Shown here piece after piece: positions 9,282 to 20,719 of a stretch of DNA of 64,000 bases (within the stretch, counting starts at the first letter, position 1; each line of letters starts with the position of its first letter). The position numbers and the translations under genes are program-made. The notes beneath the pieces are model-generated. The model was not told the origin of the DNA. It ran no database searches and saw only the letters and a list, made by a program, of their open reading frames with translations. Source of the stretch: a virus (taxonomy: Duplodnaviria > Caudoviricetes); the IMG/VR virus record IMGVR_UViG_3300011008_000071, positions 32,001 through 96,000 of that record. One strand, given 5' to 3'.

Positions 9282-12200
9282 TTACGGTTTAGCTAACTTC
9301 ATAATTCCCTTCATGGAATTCGTATTAGCTCCTTTAGACAGCGTCTTGTGGGTCTGTGCTTTAGACGCTGCAGACAATGTTGCTCTTAGATCTTTATCTA
9401 CACCGAAATCTTTTGTATTCAGTGTTGCAAGCTGATCGTTGGATTCTGCCGTATTACCAGCTATTGCGTATAGATACTGACCAAGAATTCCCATCATCTT
9501 CAATACTTCTGTCAAGTCTGTACCATTGTTGGTATTCGTTGTCGAAGTATTTGTTACGGTATATGGAGTAGCCCGAGGCGTATCGGGAGTTACGGTAGGT
9601 ATTGTGGATATAACGGAACCAGGCTCAGTGTTAGGACCACCGATTCTTGGACTAGCAGACTTGTAGTTGCCAGATACAATGGATGATCCTCCACCCTTAC
9701 CTTCAGAAGCAAGCGTATTCTGTACATCAGCGACATAGTCCGGAATTTGGATCTCTCCACCAGATTCCTGCCCACCGCCAATATGCATATGCTTAATAGC
9801 TTTGGAAATATCACCGCCTGTAGCATGGTCATTATTTTCATTGGCATATGCAGCTTCCTCATCTGACAGCAGTCTGCGTTCAGGGACGTCAGGGTATGAA
9901 CCCTTGTATTCATCATATATAGGAATGGCATTCTTTGCTGCCTTAGTGGCCCATTCATGTTGCTCACTATGGCCAGGCATCTCGTATCCAGTATAGAATG
10001 CACGAGCCATTTCTGCCGGTCCACGATTATCATTGAATAACCGTCTGAGCTTGTTATATGCAGAATCGGTTCGTATTCGTTCATCCATATATGCTAACTG
10101 TGCTCCACCTTCATCCCACGTATGTCCAGGAGCGTCAGACTTAAGCCAGTCAAGATACCGTTTCGTTTCTGCACCGGTAAATCCTACATATCCTAAACCT
10201 GTGTAGTAGTGACCATCGTGTTTGTAAGCATCCTTGAGTATACCAACGTTATTACGTGCATAGAATGGGAATAATCCATTCTGAACGTAATCATCCATCT
10301 GAGATCTATTCTCTGTAATAGTATCATACATAGAGTCATCCCACTTGGATTTGCTTCCGTAGATATCACCTTCGATTGCTCTGGAGCGTACTCCGTTTTC
10401 ACGTTGAATGTTACCGAGTATACCTGCAGCCTGTTCGTCTGTATATCCGAGTGCCTTCAGAGATGCCCATACAGGCTCGATATCACCCATCTCAACGACC
10501 TGAGAACTGATGTCATCTCTCTGCATTGACTGGCACATCTTCAGTGCATATGTACCGCTCTTGCCGGCAACCTTGTAGGGTACAGATACGACTTTGGCCT
10601 TTCCATTGATACCATCTCTACAGCAAGGAATGATTATGTTATACATTCCTGGAGCATTTTCGACTTTGCTATCTACAATTGCTAATGTGTAACTATCGAT
10701 CTTTGTCTTGCTGGTATCAATAGTATTACCATTGATATCCTTCTGCAGGTTTGAAGGAGCTCCGCCTCCAATCCCTCTTAGATATGACTTGATTGCAATG
10801 ATGTCACCGGGTTCGATAGTCGAATCATCTTCCTTGATAATTCCACAGTCTACTACTGACCACTCATATCTCTTGGCATTCGTCTTAACATACTCGAGGA
10901 ACTTTTCAGGCAAGTCTGAATCAACACCTATTTTGCAACCGATCTGATTGAACGCCCATAATACGAATGCAACGTTCCAGTTCTTGTAACGCTTGACGTC
11001 TTTCATCAACGTTCCGCCCTGGTATGTCTTCGTAAGTGTATTGGCCTTCTTCTCATTTTCAATTGCCTGTTGCATCAACTTCTGATGTTCAGGAGTAAGA
11101 ACCTTCATTCCTTGTCCGGAATAGTTGTATGCCTTGAGCTCACCTTCCGAGAGCATATTAAGAACATCTTGGATTCGGAGATCAGACGCGGCCGCAATTC
11201 GATCTTCTGTAAGCCCACCATAGAACCAGTTGTTGTATTTATTGATTCCATTTTCAGGATCTGTAAACCCAACTTCCTTACGTACTACGGCTAACAGGCG
11301 ATCTGCACTTGTCTTCTTTCCTACAGTACCGGTACTTGATCCGGTCACATAACTGTCACCAACTACGGTGTCAGATGTCTTTTCCTTCTTGGAGCCTAAT
11401 AGGCCGCCTGTGATTGCAAACAGGAATTCGTTTCCGAATTCGGTAATTTTGTCAATCAGGTTACCTAATATGCCCTTGTCTTCAGAATCGTCCTGACCTT
11501 CTTCAGCATCCGCGAGACTCTGTGAACCAGAAACACCGGTTGCTGCCATGCCATAATTGATTCCAGAGGAATCCTTGGATGTACTGAAGAACGGCGTAGG
11601 ATCTATTACAGTAGCATCACGTTGACCTGCCGTAGGAACATTACCCTTGTTCATCTGGTAATGTAGATGCACTCCTGATGACATACCGGTTGTACCCATT
11701 TCACCTATCTTGTCACCGACACTAACCTTTGCAGCTTCAAGATCCTCAGGATTACCGGTTTTCTTATATCGCTCATACGCAGCAGCTGCGTTCGTGATAT
11801 TCGATGGAACCGTATTGGGCTTCATATGCATATGACGAACTGTCATTTCTTGACCAGTAGCCGGGTTGGTAGTAAGAATCGAGACGTTGTTACCCGTAGA
11901 TAGGCTAGGATCAATGTTCATACCAGATGCTGTTCTGTTAGCTACAGCGTATGTTACGACACCATCCCATCTGGATACGATGTTGGCTTGTTTCGTGCCA
12001 TCCGTCGGATACATATCAATACCACCATGAGGTTTCTCTTTGGTATATACATCGCCCCATAGTCCGCCGTATCCAAGAGATACAGAAACTTCCTTATCGG
12101 TCGGGTTTCCGCCGGGTTGTTTGCTCTTCTCTTCTTCGAGATTTCTCTGGTTGGCATCATATGTAACACCATTCTCGTCAGCTCGAATGTTTGAAGGAGC

Positions 12201-15200
12201 ACCATTGGCAATCTCATGATCTTCACCACCAATTGGTTCTCCTGCTTCTCTTGCATCTTCATCTGGGCCACCAAACGGTTTCCAGTTACCACTCCACAGA
12301 TCGTCCCACCAGTTGGATTTCTTGACAGCAACGGCCCTAGTATCAAGCTTGCCAGTAAGAATAGGATTTACTGTGCTCGATGATGTCATAGCCATTCCTG
12401 TCTTATTTAAGCTACCGAAGATTTCTCTCTTGGTTACTGTTTCATCTCCTGATGTAGGTGTAGAGAAATTGATGTGAGACAGTGCTTGCGCAATGGCTGC
12501 ACCAACAGTACCGAGTGTTTCGGATATTCGTTTCGGAATCTCCTCGATGAGAGCTTGACCAACACCAACAGCAGTTGAATGCATGTAATCAGACAGATCT
12601 GTGATCTGCTTCTTGGTTTCATCAATCTTCTCATGTGATAACTCATCTGATACTCGAAGTGCTTCATCCTCTTCACCATCAACACCAAAGTGGAGATCGT
12701 GGTATATAGAAGCAACACCTGTTTCAATTCGACCGAGGTCATCATGTGTTGTTGCGGAAACGTATGGATGCAGATCATTCCATATGGAAGCCACACCGTT
12801 TTCAATACGTCCAAGAGCATCTTGAGTTCCCTGGTCATGAGTATATATGGATCCGACTTCAAGACCTGCTTTGATAAGTTCGTCCATACCGGAATTAGAA
12901 AGTTGATCTGAAATTCCTTCAATGGAAGCTGTAGTTCCTTCTGTAGCAGTACCGAGGTTCTGAAGTAATCCTGTAACACTACCGAGATCAATATCGCCAA
13001 AGATATTGTCGAAAAGGCTTCCGTCAGATTCTTCAGATACATCCATGCCACCGCCGATTGGTTCAGAACCATCCGGGCTCATACCAGGACCCAATGCCTC
13101 ATAGTCAGCAATTGCTTTATTGAGATCAAATTGCTGCCAACTATTGGTATCAGCATTATGATAATATGCAGTACCGTCTTCACCAAATGCTACAGGCAAA
13201 CCGAATAGACTAGCATTGCCCTGCTCATCGTACTGGATGTAATCCATCGGGTTTCCGCCTTCGCCGGTGTAATTTTCACTGGTACCACCAACGGGGGCGT
13301 TATTGGCAGTGGTATTCTTTGTATTGAACTGGATTGTCTGAACATTGCCCTTATCGATTGAGCCATCTTCATTTTCTTTCCAAACACCTTCTTGCACGGC
13401 TTTACGTGTATTCATTGAAGCGAAAGCAATTAACCTGGCAGCATTATATTTCATGCCGTCCAGTTCAACTTCTGCACCAGAATCCCATAGTTCTTTGAGA
13501 CTCATTTCTTGCATTGCCTTCGGAAGCATTTGGTTTACTTCATATGCAGTCGGGAAGTCCTTCTGAACTTTCCATTTCGCCTCATCTTCCTCAGTAGGCA
13601 TCCATGGGTAGTCTCTACTCAATCCTTCGGATCTACTCATATCCAGTAAAGCAGCAGCAGTATTGTCTATAGAAAGATTCGATGGGGTGGAACCATTCTT
13701 GATCTTACCATTTTCATCAAGTGTTTGACTATCACCTTTGATGATTTTACCATCTTTATCTTCTTTCCATATTCCCTGTTGAACTGCCAATCTGGTATTC
13801 ATTGAAGCGAAAGCAATATTCTGTGCCCATTGATACTCTTCAGAACCTGAATTAGCAAACTCTGTTAATCCAAGTTCATCAAGCTTCTTCTTCAAATCTT
13901 CAGGCATTGCATTGTATACTTCCGATGCAGTACCCCAGTCTGCTTGAACCGTCCAGTCTGCTTCATCCTGTTCAGATGGCATAAATGACATTGCTTTCTT
14001 CAGAGCTTCATTTCGTTTCTGTGTTTCTCCGAATTCACCACCTGTAAGGACATTCGTTATTCCGTAACCCAGAGTTCCTTCTTTAAGTTTACGATTTCCG
14101 GCACTGTCAATGGAATTCATGACATCATATTTGTCATCCGCTCCACCTGCTTTACCCCACCAGAGTTCATCCAGCCAATTATCATTGTTGATAAGATCGT
14201 TGAATTCCTGACGGTTAAGATTGGTACCGAACTTCTTATTGTAGTAAGCAGTAGTGTCATCAAATTTCTGACGTTTCTTATCAAGAACTTGGGTATCTCC
14301 GCCAAGTATACTATATACAAGATCTGCTAACCACTGTGTCGGACCCGTTGCTCCGAATCCATTCATTACAGCATCGAGTGCATACCAGAAGATCATACCT
14401 AATCCGATACCTGGAGCCATATCACAGGCGCCAAGAACCGTCTTAACGATTTGAGAAGCTTCATACATCTTCTCATCAGCCTGGTATGGTAAAACGCCGA
14501 AAAGATATTCGCAACCGATTGTACCATTTACGAATCCATTAAGTGCACCGATGCCTATTGCGAGACCAACTGTTGCACCAGCTGAAAGCTGTTTAAGTCC
14601 TTGCTCTCCGGTTTTCTCGGCAGCCTTAGTTCCGACTTTCTGAGCAACTTTTTCTGTCAGATTCGTATTTAATACTTTCTGAATAGCACCGAGTTTACTT
14701 GTAAACTTCTCTGCAATATTCGGGAATTTCTCTGCGAGGAACTTACCAAACTTCTGAATTGCTCCCCAGATCTTAGAGAAGATATTCTTCTTCCCCATCA
14801 TATTTTTAGCAGCTTCAGTCGTCATATAAGCGGATGTAACCGTATTAGCGGCATTTCCAACCTTGGCAGCAGTTTCTTCGTCGGCACCAAGAGATTTTGC
14901 AACGGAGCTACCTATACCACCGGCAGCACTTCCTGCAAGATATGTTACACCAGCAAAAGCAACCTGTTTACCGGCTTGCTTAATAAGGCTACTGCCTGCA
15001 CCCTTTACTTGCTCTTGAGACTTCTCATGAGAAGCATTTGCTTTCTCCTGCATAGCCTTCGATTTATCATCATATCTGATATAATCATCTGCATACTTGT
15101 TAGCAATTGATGCTTCAGTTTCACTGAATGCTCCCCCGCTCTTCGACTTTGCGTCCCAGTAGTTATATTCATCCAATGCCATCTGTGCTTTATTAGCATA

Positions 15201-18200
15201 GCTTCTAGCATTCGCGGCTTGAATATCACCGACCACATCATTGCCCCATGCCTTTGTCATTTGCAACTTTGCAGGAGCCATCCAAAGTTCATTCTTTGCA
15301 TGTGTTGCGTATGCATTGCGTATTTCCTGTCCACCAGCCGTTGTATTAACGTGATACAGATTAGTGCCAGGAAGCGCTGCAGAGGCCAGGCTTTGAGATC
15401 CTGTATCGGCACCTACTAAGTTGAGCATTGCATTTGCTCCACTCTTTGTTGGATCTGGAGAATCCCAATTGAAGATATTTTTCAAAAAGCCAGAGAGATT
15501 GGTTCCTATAGTAGATACGATATTCTTTAAGTCTGCAAGGAAATTTCCTGAACCGAGGAAATTATGTAATGCAATCAAGCCTGTAAGAATACCGGCTATT
15601 GGTAGCAATGCCGAAAGAATTCCGTTACCGCCAAATAGTCCACTCAATAAGCTTGATCCAATACCAAGAATCTTGTCCCAGATAGTCTCCTTCTTCTCTT
15701 CAGCCTTGTCATGGTCTTCAATCTGCATACGGTTTGCTTCCTTCAAGTCTCTTGCAAGAACTTGAGTGGATTTGTTCTCATCAGTAGCATCATTGATCGC
15801 CTTGTTGTTAATGGTATTCTCACGCTCGGAATATTCGCCTTGCATCATCGAAGACTGCATGCCTGCAAGGATATTGCCCTTCATGGCATTTTCTCTATCC
15901 TTATCAGCATTCTCCATGAGTGTTTCTGCAAGACCTTCAATTTCCTGAGATTCCGTATCATGTATATCGGGAGATCCAAAAGAATCGGAATACATGATTC
16001 CGTAGTCGGAATTCTTATTCATGAAATCCCATTGTTCCTGATAATGTGCAGCAGCGTCATAGTCACCAGACTCAAGAGCTTCATTATACTTATCAAGGAC
16101 ATCATCCATTTCCGGATTCGATTCAGGCACAATGCCTTCGATCTCTTGGGATTCTTCCGTTGTATTATCTCTTTCTTCTCCTTCGAGGATATCGATTATC
16201 TGCTCAAGATACCCATGAACTCCTTCATCGTGAGTATAGATAGAACCTTCTTCAAGGCCTGCCTGAATTAGACTATCAAGACCCTCAGTTCTTTCAAGCA
16301 TTCTATCATCGCGCTCTTCAGCTTCAGAACGTTCTTCGACGATCTCGGCATGTTGTTCATCAAGATCTTCTCTGATCTCTTCAACTATTCCGTCGATTTC
16401 CTGAGTTTGTTCTCCTTGCTGTTCAGCCAGTCTGGTAATCTCTTCATCAATATGCTCTGTATTGGATTCGATATTACCAACAGAACTATTTGTATCCACA
16501 AGGACTTCATGTTCTGCAGTATATTCACTGAACTTCTCATTGAGTTTCCGACGACGTTCTTTATCGGCAGCTTTCCAATCCGCATATGATGCAAATTTAT
16601 CTTCTTTGATTTCACCATTTCTGGCTTTACGTCTTTCACTTAAGCCATCATGAATACGGAATGTTTGCATTGATGCTTTCCATTCCTTCTTCTCGGCATC
16701 AGATAATTTGTCATATGTATCTTTGGTAATCTTCGCCTTCTGTTTATTTACAAAAAGAAGATTGCCCTGGGAATCTGTTTCTTGTCTCTGGCGTTTGCCA
16801 CCGGCAATGATATCCGCAACTCTGTTAAGACCGAAACCAGCAGCACCTGTTACACCGGTAATACCAGCACGTGCTGCACCACCAAGCATGCTCGGGATGC
16901 CTTTGAAGAGCAGTTTGAATGGGGCCATTATGATTTTACCGATACCTTTAAACGGAGCCAGAATCCATCCACCGATCTTCTTGAATACAGGACCGAATAT
17001 AGCCTTAGCTGTAGAGCTAACTCTTTCCTTGATAGCGTATCCTATATCAGATAACGGACCAAGAATATTCTTCTTCAGTTTATTACCAACATGATGGAGG
17101 GTTTTCTGGAATTGGTAACGGATAGGATTTACTATGCCTTTTCCAAGCTTGGTAAATATGCCATCCTTCTTATCGCCCTTCTCTTCACTACCGAAGAAGA
17201 GTCTCTTCAGTCTACCGCCGATATCGGCTTGACCAATTGCATTACCTGCGACGGCACCCATTAACAATCCAATGGGGCCTCCAAGTAAGCCGGCACCGGC
17301 CATTGCCCCGACGGATGCAGTTAAGAACTTCTTCCGCTTACTCTTGATATCACCCTTCTCATTCTTGTCACCATAATCAAAGTAACTGGCAACCTTCTGG
17401 AACCAGTTCTTGCCCTTTGCCTTAATGGGCTCAAATAAGTTGGGCATGTAATCACGGGCAAACCCGAGAAGTCCACCGGACTTCATTATCTCGTTTCCGT
17501 CTTTATCCTTCTTGCCAGTAGCAATCTTAGTATCGGCAACAGTAACCAGATTACCATTCTCATCTTCATACTGATAACCTTTACCAGTGAGCTTATGACG
17601 AAGATAGCCGGTAACATTACCAAACTTCTTATTGACTTTCTTGGCACCGGTCTTAAGTGAGTCCTCACCAAGTTCACGAACATCACGAAGAGAGTGACCT
17701 ATTGCACCAATGATCTTGGATGGATCACCGGAGAAGATTGCTTCCTTCAGTTCCTGGCCAGTGCGTTTACCCCATCCGGCAAGTCTCTGAGAACCAGATT
17801 TCTTCTTAGGCCTCTTCTGTCCGGGATTATCAGGATCATCTTCGTATATAGTATTACCGTCTTCATCCGTTTCATACTCAAGAAGTTTATTAGGATCTTC
17901 TTCTGAAGAACGTTTCATGATTTCAGGCATTAGGGCATTTGAGCCGGCACCGTCCTTTGCTCCTGCTCCTCCTGCCATTGTGGGCCTGTATCTTCCAGGA
18001 GGCTTGAGTCTCTTATCCAGATCATTCTGTTTGTCATCAAACTTATCCTTCTGCTTATCAGAAGCACCAACCTGGAATACATTGAGGCCTCTATGCATTA
18101 GACGGAATATCTCATACAGAGCACGGTTGGTGTAGTTCACACCGGTGAGATCCGAAGAAGTAGCAGGCTGCACAGAAGCAATTTCCTGATCAGAGCTCTT

Positions 18201-19838
18201 CATTTGGAATCCGGACTTCTTAGCAAGTCTCTTAATCTCTTCTTCAGGTTTGAGTTCTGCTCCACTCATATCAACATTATAGAGCTGAGCATTCTTCATA
18301 TACTCTTCACTTGCTCTATTTCTATCGACATTCATTTTCGCAACTTGAGTCGTCAGATCTCTGATGTTTGTCCGGGCATTCGGTCCGGCAAACATTTTTG
18401 CCGTCTCTGTGATCCACTCGTTCTGTCTTTCTTCGATTTCAACCCCAGCACGATTCAGAAGATCTTGAGCGTACTTCTCGAAGTCTTCCTGATTTCTGAA
18501 TGACTCGATTTTTGCTCTACGATCACTCCGTCTGTTATCCGAACCATTGGATGCCGATTGACCAGCTAAGTCGGCCAACATCAAGTCATAGAAGGATTGC
18601 CCATATTGGTCGGCACCGAATATGTTTTGAAGATTCTTGGAAGCATCATGGACATTTCCTCTTCTGAGCATTGCATCCTTATATTCTTCCATCTGATCTT
18701 CCTTGGTGTGGAAGGATCTAGACCTCATATCATAAGTGACATTCTCACCAGATACAGCCTCCAGAATCTTCTGCAGGTAGCCAGGTATCGTAGTAACGAT
18801 TGCTTCCTTCGTAACTGTATCAAACGGGGTTGCCTTGACTTCAAACTTCTGACGACCAACACCTGCTTTGACATTTCGATCTGATTTCAGACCGAACAGT
18901 CTGCCTAGTATTCCCTTCTCACCAAAGTAATCCCCAGCATTGTCTCCAATGTTGATAAGGAGATTCATGATCTCATCGTTAACCATCTTATCGAGACTAC
19001 CAAGGGTCTTCTTCATGTCAGGGAACAACTTGTTGATTCCAACGCTCATTGCTCCAGATATCAATGTTTCCGGAGTAAGAAGCATCTTCAATGTATCACC
19101 CTGCAGGAAAGGTGTTAGTGCACTTAATGAACCAAGAAGAGGATCGTTCTTGATATTCTGCCCAATCATCTTCTTGTAATCATTCAAACTGAATTTTCCT
19201 CTGGAGAGCATATCCCCACCAGAGTCCTTGGAGCCGGAACCTTCCGACACAGCTGCCGCGGTGGCAGCCGTTGTCTTAATTAATGCCTCCTGATTAGCAG
19301 TAACTATTTCAGTTATCTTCGACAGGGATTCATTTAGTGTATTAAATCCAGATGAAATTACAGCAGTCTGACTGTCAAACGCCGATAATATATTTGCAGT
19401 AAGTTGGGTCTGACCCTCAAGCATCTGTTTGGAAGATGCAATTACAGAAGAAGAAACCTGGTTTGCGGATTGAACTGTTTCTGATATTTGCTCTACAGCG
19501 ATTTCTGCAGATGAATCATCTGTGGGAATATCAAAGTTCAGATCCGAGCCATCAAAGCCGTTACCGAAACCATCTTCTTCCTGGAGGTACCAGCTCATGA
19601 CTTTTCTAAGCCCACCCTGTCCCTTAAGGTTCTTGACAGTAGGAGCAATAGACTGAGCCGTACTCTTGAATTTGTTAGTGACTTCCGTTACCGTACTTTT
19701 AGCATCATTCAGAATGGAGCTTGTGGTGGGCATTGTTGCCTTTAGGTAATCGATTGCACCATTTCCAAGATACTTGGCCGTCTGACCAATTATCTTACCA
19801 CCAAGCTTCTGCTTCTGAACTTTGGGTGTAGTAGCCAT
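9282..19838 (-). CDS. Giant tape-measure-like virion protein with M23 peptidase, degenerate CHAP-like and phage tail lysozyme domains
   Basis: 3518 aa; G/A-rich helical body; M23 HGGID...HMH...GVHLHYQ (~11570-12090); RKEVG...NKY...WNVAFVLWAF; LGYTDEQAAGILGNIQRE...AQLAYM...FYTGYE. Confidence 0.85.
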   Translation of the reverse strand: MATTPKVQKQKLGGKIIGQTAKYLGNGAIDYLKATMPTTSSILNDAKSTVTEVTNKFKSTAQSIAPTVKNLKGQGGLRKVMSWYLQEEDGFGNGFDGSDLNFDIPTDDSSAEIAVEQISETVQSANQVSSSVIASSKQMLEGQTQLTANILSAFDSQTAVISSGFNTLNESLSKITEIVTANQEALIKTTAATAAAVSEGSGSKDSGGDMLSRGKFSLNDYKKMIGQNIKNDPLLGSLSALTPFLQGDTLKMLLTPETLISGAMSVGINKLFPDMKKTLGSLDKMVNDEIMNLLINIGDNAGDYFGEKGILGRLFGLKSDRNVKAGVGRQKFEVKATPFDTVTKEAIVTTIPGYLQKILEAVSGENVTYDMRSRSFHTKEDQMEEYKDAMLRRGNVHDASKNLQNIFGADQYGQSFYDLMLADLAGQSASNGSDNRRSDRRAKIESFRNQEDFEKYAQDLLNRAGVEIEERQNEWITETAKMFAGPNARTNIRDLTTQVAKMNVDRNRASEEYMKNAQLYNVDMSGAELKPEEEIKRLAKKSGFQMKSSDQEIASVQPATSSDLTGVNYTNRALYEIFRLMHRGLNVFQVGASDKQKDKFDDKQNDLDKRLKPPGRYRPTMAGGAGAKDGAGSNALMPEIMKRSSEEDPNKLLEYETDEDGNTIYEDDPDNPGQKRPKKKSGSQRLAGWGKRTGQELKEAIFSGDPSKIIGAIGHSLRDVRELGEDSLKTGAKKVNKKFGNVTGYLRHKLTGKGYQYEDENGNLVTVADTKIATGKKDKDGNEIMKSGGLLGFARDYMPNLFEPIKAKGKNWFQKVASYFDYGDKNEKGDIKSKRKKFLTASVGAMAGAGLLGGPIGLLMGAVAGNAIGQADIGGRLKRLFFGSEEKGDKKDGIFTKLGKGIVNPIRYQFQKTLHHVGNKLKKNILGPLSDIGYAIKERVSSTAKAIFGPVFKKIGGWILAPFKGIGKIIMAPFKLLFKGIPSMLGGAARAGITGVTGAAGFGLNRVADIIAGGKRQRQETDSQGNLLFVNKQKAKITKDTYDKLSDAEKKEWKASMQTFRIHDGLSERRKARNGEIKEDKFASYADWKAADKERRRKLNEKFSEYTAEHEVLVDTNSSVGNIESNTEHIDEEITRLAEQQGEQTQEIDGIVEEIREDLDEQHAEIVEERSEAEERDDRMLERTEGLDSLIQAGLEEGSIYTHDEGVHGYLEQIIDILEGEERDNTTEESQEIEGIVPESNPEMDDVLDKYNEALESGDYDAAAHYQEQWDFMNKNSDYGIMYSDSFGSPDIHDTESQEIEGLAETLMENADKDRENAMKGNILAGMQSSMMQGEYSERENTINNKAINDATDENKSTQVLARDLKEANRMQIEDHDKAEEKKETIWDKILGIGSSLLSGLFGGNGILSALLPIAGILTGLIALHNFLGSGNFLADLKNIVSTIGTNLSGFLKNIFNWDSPDPTKSGANAMLNLVGADTGSQSLASAALPGTNLYHVNTTAGGQEIRNAYATHAKNELWMAPAKLQMTKAWGNDVVGDIQAANARSYANKAQMALDEYNYWDAKSKSGGAFSETEASIANKYADDYIRYDDKSKAMQEKANASHEKSQEQVKGAGSSLIKQAGKQVAFAGVTYLAGSAAGGIGSSVAKSLGADEETAAKVGNAANTVTSAYMTTEAAKNMMGKKNIFSKIWGAIQKFGKFLAEKFPNIAEKFTSKLGAIQKVLNTNLTEKVAQKVGTKAAEKTGEQGLKQLSAGATVGLAIGIGALNGFVNGTIGCEYLFGVLPYQADEKMYEASQIVKTVLGACDMAPGIGLGMIFWYALDAVMNGFGATGPTQWLADLVYSILGGDTQVLDKKRQKFDDTTAYYNKKFGTNLNRQEFNDLINNDNWLDELWWGKAGGADDKYDVMNSIDSAGNRKLKEGTLGYGITNVLTGGEFGETQKRNEALKKAMSFMPSEQDEADWTVQADWGTASEVYNAMPEDLKKKLDELGLTEFANSGSEEYQWAQNIAFASMNTRLAVQQGIWKEDKDGKIIKGDSQTLDENGKIKNGSTPSNLSIDNTAAALLDMSRSEGLSRDYPWMPTEEDEAKWKVQKDFPTAYEVNQMLPKAMQEMSLKELWDSGAEVELDGMKYNAARLIAFASMNTRKAVQEGVWKENEDGSIDKGNVQTIQFNTKNTTANNAPVGGTSENYTGEGGNPMDYIQYDEQGNASLFGLPVAFGEDGTAYYHNADTNSWQQFDLNKAIADYEALGPGMSPDGSEPIGGGMDVSEESDGSLFDNIFGDIDLGSVTGLLQNLGTATEGTTASIEGISDQLSNSGMDELIKAGLEVGSIYTHDQGTQDALGRIENGVASIWNDLHPYVSATTHDDLGRIETGVASIYHDLHFGVDGEEDEALRVSDELSHEKIDETKKQITDLSDYMHSTAVGVGQALIEEIPKRISETLGTVGAAIAQALSHINFSTPTSGDETVTKREIFGSLNKTGMAMTSSSTVNPILTGKLDTRAVAVKKSNWWDDLWSGNWKPFGGPDEDAREAGEPIGGEDHEIANGAPSNIRADENGVTYDANQRNLEEEKSKQPGGNPTDKEVSVSLGYGGLWGDVYTKEKPHGGIDMYPTDGTKQANIVSRWDGVVTYAVANRTASGMNIDPSLSTGNNVSILTTNPATGQEMTVRHMHMKPNTVPSNITNAAAAYERYKKTGNPEDLEAAKVSVGDKIGEMGTTGMSSGVHLHYQMNKGNVPTAGQRDATVIDPTPFFSTSKDSSGINYGMAATGVSGSQSLADAEEGQDDSEDKGILGNLIDKITEFGNEFLFAITGGLLGSKKEKTSDTVVGDSYVTGSSTGTVGKKTSADRLLAVVRKEVGFTDPENGINKYNNWFYGGLTEDRIAAASDLRIQDVLNMLSEGELKAYNYSGQGMKVLTPEHQKLMQQAIENEKKANTLTKTYQGGTLMKDVKRYKNWNVAFVLWAFNQIGCKIGVDSDLPEKFLEYVKTNAKRYEWSVVDCGIIKEDDSTIEPGDIIAIKSYLRGIGGGAPSNLQKDINGNTIDTSKTKIDSYTLAIVDSKVENAPGMYNIIIPCCRDGINGKAKVVSVPYKVAGKSGTYALKMCQSMQRDDISSQVVEMGDIEPVWASLKALGYTDEQAAGILGNIQRENGVRSRAIEGDIYGSKSKWDDSMYDTITENRSQMDDYVQNGLFPFYARNNVGILKDAYKHDGHYYTGLGYVGFTGAETKRYLDWLKSDAPGHTWDEGGAQLAYMDERIRTDSAYNKLRRLFNDNRGPAEMARAFYTGYEMPGHSEQHEWATKAAKNAIPIYDEYKGSYPDVPERRLLSDEEAAYANENNDHATGGDISKAIKHMHIGGGQESGGEIQIPDYVADVQNTLASEGKGGGSSIVSGNYKSASPRIGGPNTEPGSVISTIPTVTPDTPRATPYTVTNTSTTNTNNGTDLTEVLKMMGILGQYLYAIAGNTAESNDQLATLNTKDFGVDKDLRATLSAASKAQTHKTLSKGANTNSMKGIMKLAKP

Positions 19839-19929
19839 GGAATCATCACCATCCTTTTTGATTTAGCTAAATACATTAAATGGTTGGTGAAATGGCCCTT
19901 CGTGTATTAAATATAGAGAAATAATGCAA

Positions 19930-19957
19930 AAGAAAGCGGGGATATCCCCGCTTTCTT
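19930..19957. terminator. Rho-independent terminator (minus strand)
   Basis: AAGAAAGCGGGGATATCCCCGCTTTCTT palindrome with U-tract on the minus strand. Confidence 0.7.
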
Positions 19958-19963
19958 AGTCGC

Positions 19964-20704
19964 TTAATCCGTACGCGAAATATCCCAGAGCAATGCCATA
20001 ACCAATGCATGCCAGGAATCGGACTTTGTTTCTTTGAATATATTTCTGATTGATGCGTCACATATGGGATCTCTATACGAAAGGACGATACCTTCCTTGT
20101 AGCCGGCTAATATTTCATCCCGATCATTATATATGAACATCCTACCGCTTTCATGCCCTATAATCTTATTATCGACGATAATTTTGGCGATCATTCTGGA
20201 TTTTTTGTCTGTAAACTCTATGTAGAAATCACCTGACCTCGGATGTGTAAATCTCATAATAACTTCGCCGTTTCTGAGCTCAGTCAGCCCTCTCTTTTTA
20301 AGTTGAAACTTATCACTGTTTTCGAAGACTTTACGATCGATATATTTCATGAGATCGCCGAGAGTAACGTTATCATAGTTAGGGTCATCAACATATTCAT
20401 CGATAACAGTTATCTTTGTAATTTGAAATTCCTTCTGCATATTAAAGGCAAATAGGTAAAGAGTATCACCACAGTGAAGTACAGGAGTACGGAGATCTAT
20501 ATTCTCAAGCTCAGTGATATTTTTTATGTCGGGCAGTAACTCTTTAACCCATTCTAAAGTTTCGCCGTCACATATTAATGATATAACCGGATCGTTTACA
20601 TTAGTAAATTCAGAATTAACGTCGGCAAGTGTCACAGGCTTTTTAGCAATAGTCGCGTACGGCAATACCATTTCCAGATAAAATTCGTCTCCGAATAAAA
20701 TCAT
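19964..20704 (-). CDS. Hypothetical protein
   Basis: 246-aa ORF, GGAGG RBS. Confidence 0.75.
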   Translation of the reverse strand: MILFGDEFYLEMVLPYATIAKKPVTLADVNSEFTNVNDPVISLICDGETLEWVKELLPDIKNITELENIDLRTPVLHCGDTLYLFAFNMQKEFQITKITVIDEYVDDPNYDNVTLGDLMKYIDRKVFENSDKFQLKKRGLTELRNGEVIMRFTHPRSGDFYIEFTDKKSRMIAKIIVDNKIIGHESGRMFIYNDRDEILAGYKEGIVLSYRDPICDASIRNIFKETKSDSWHALVMALLWDISRTD

Positions 20705-20719
20705 TTCAGTTACCTCCCG

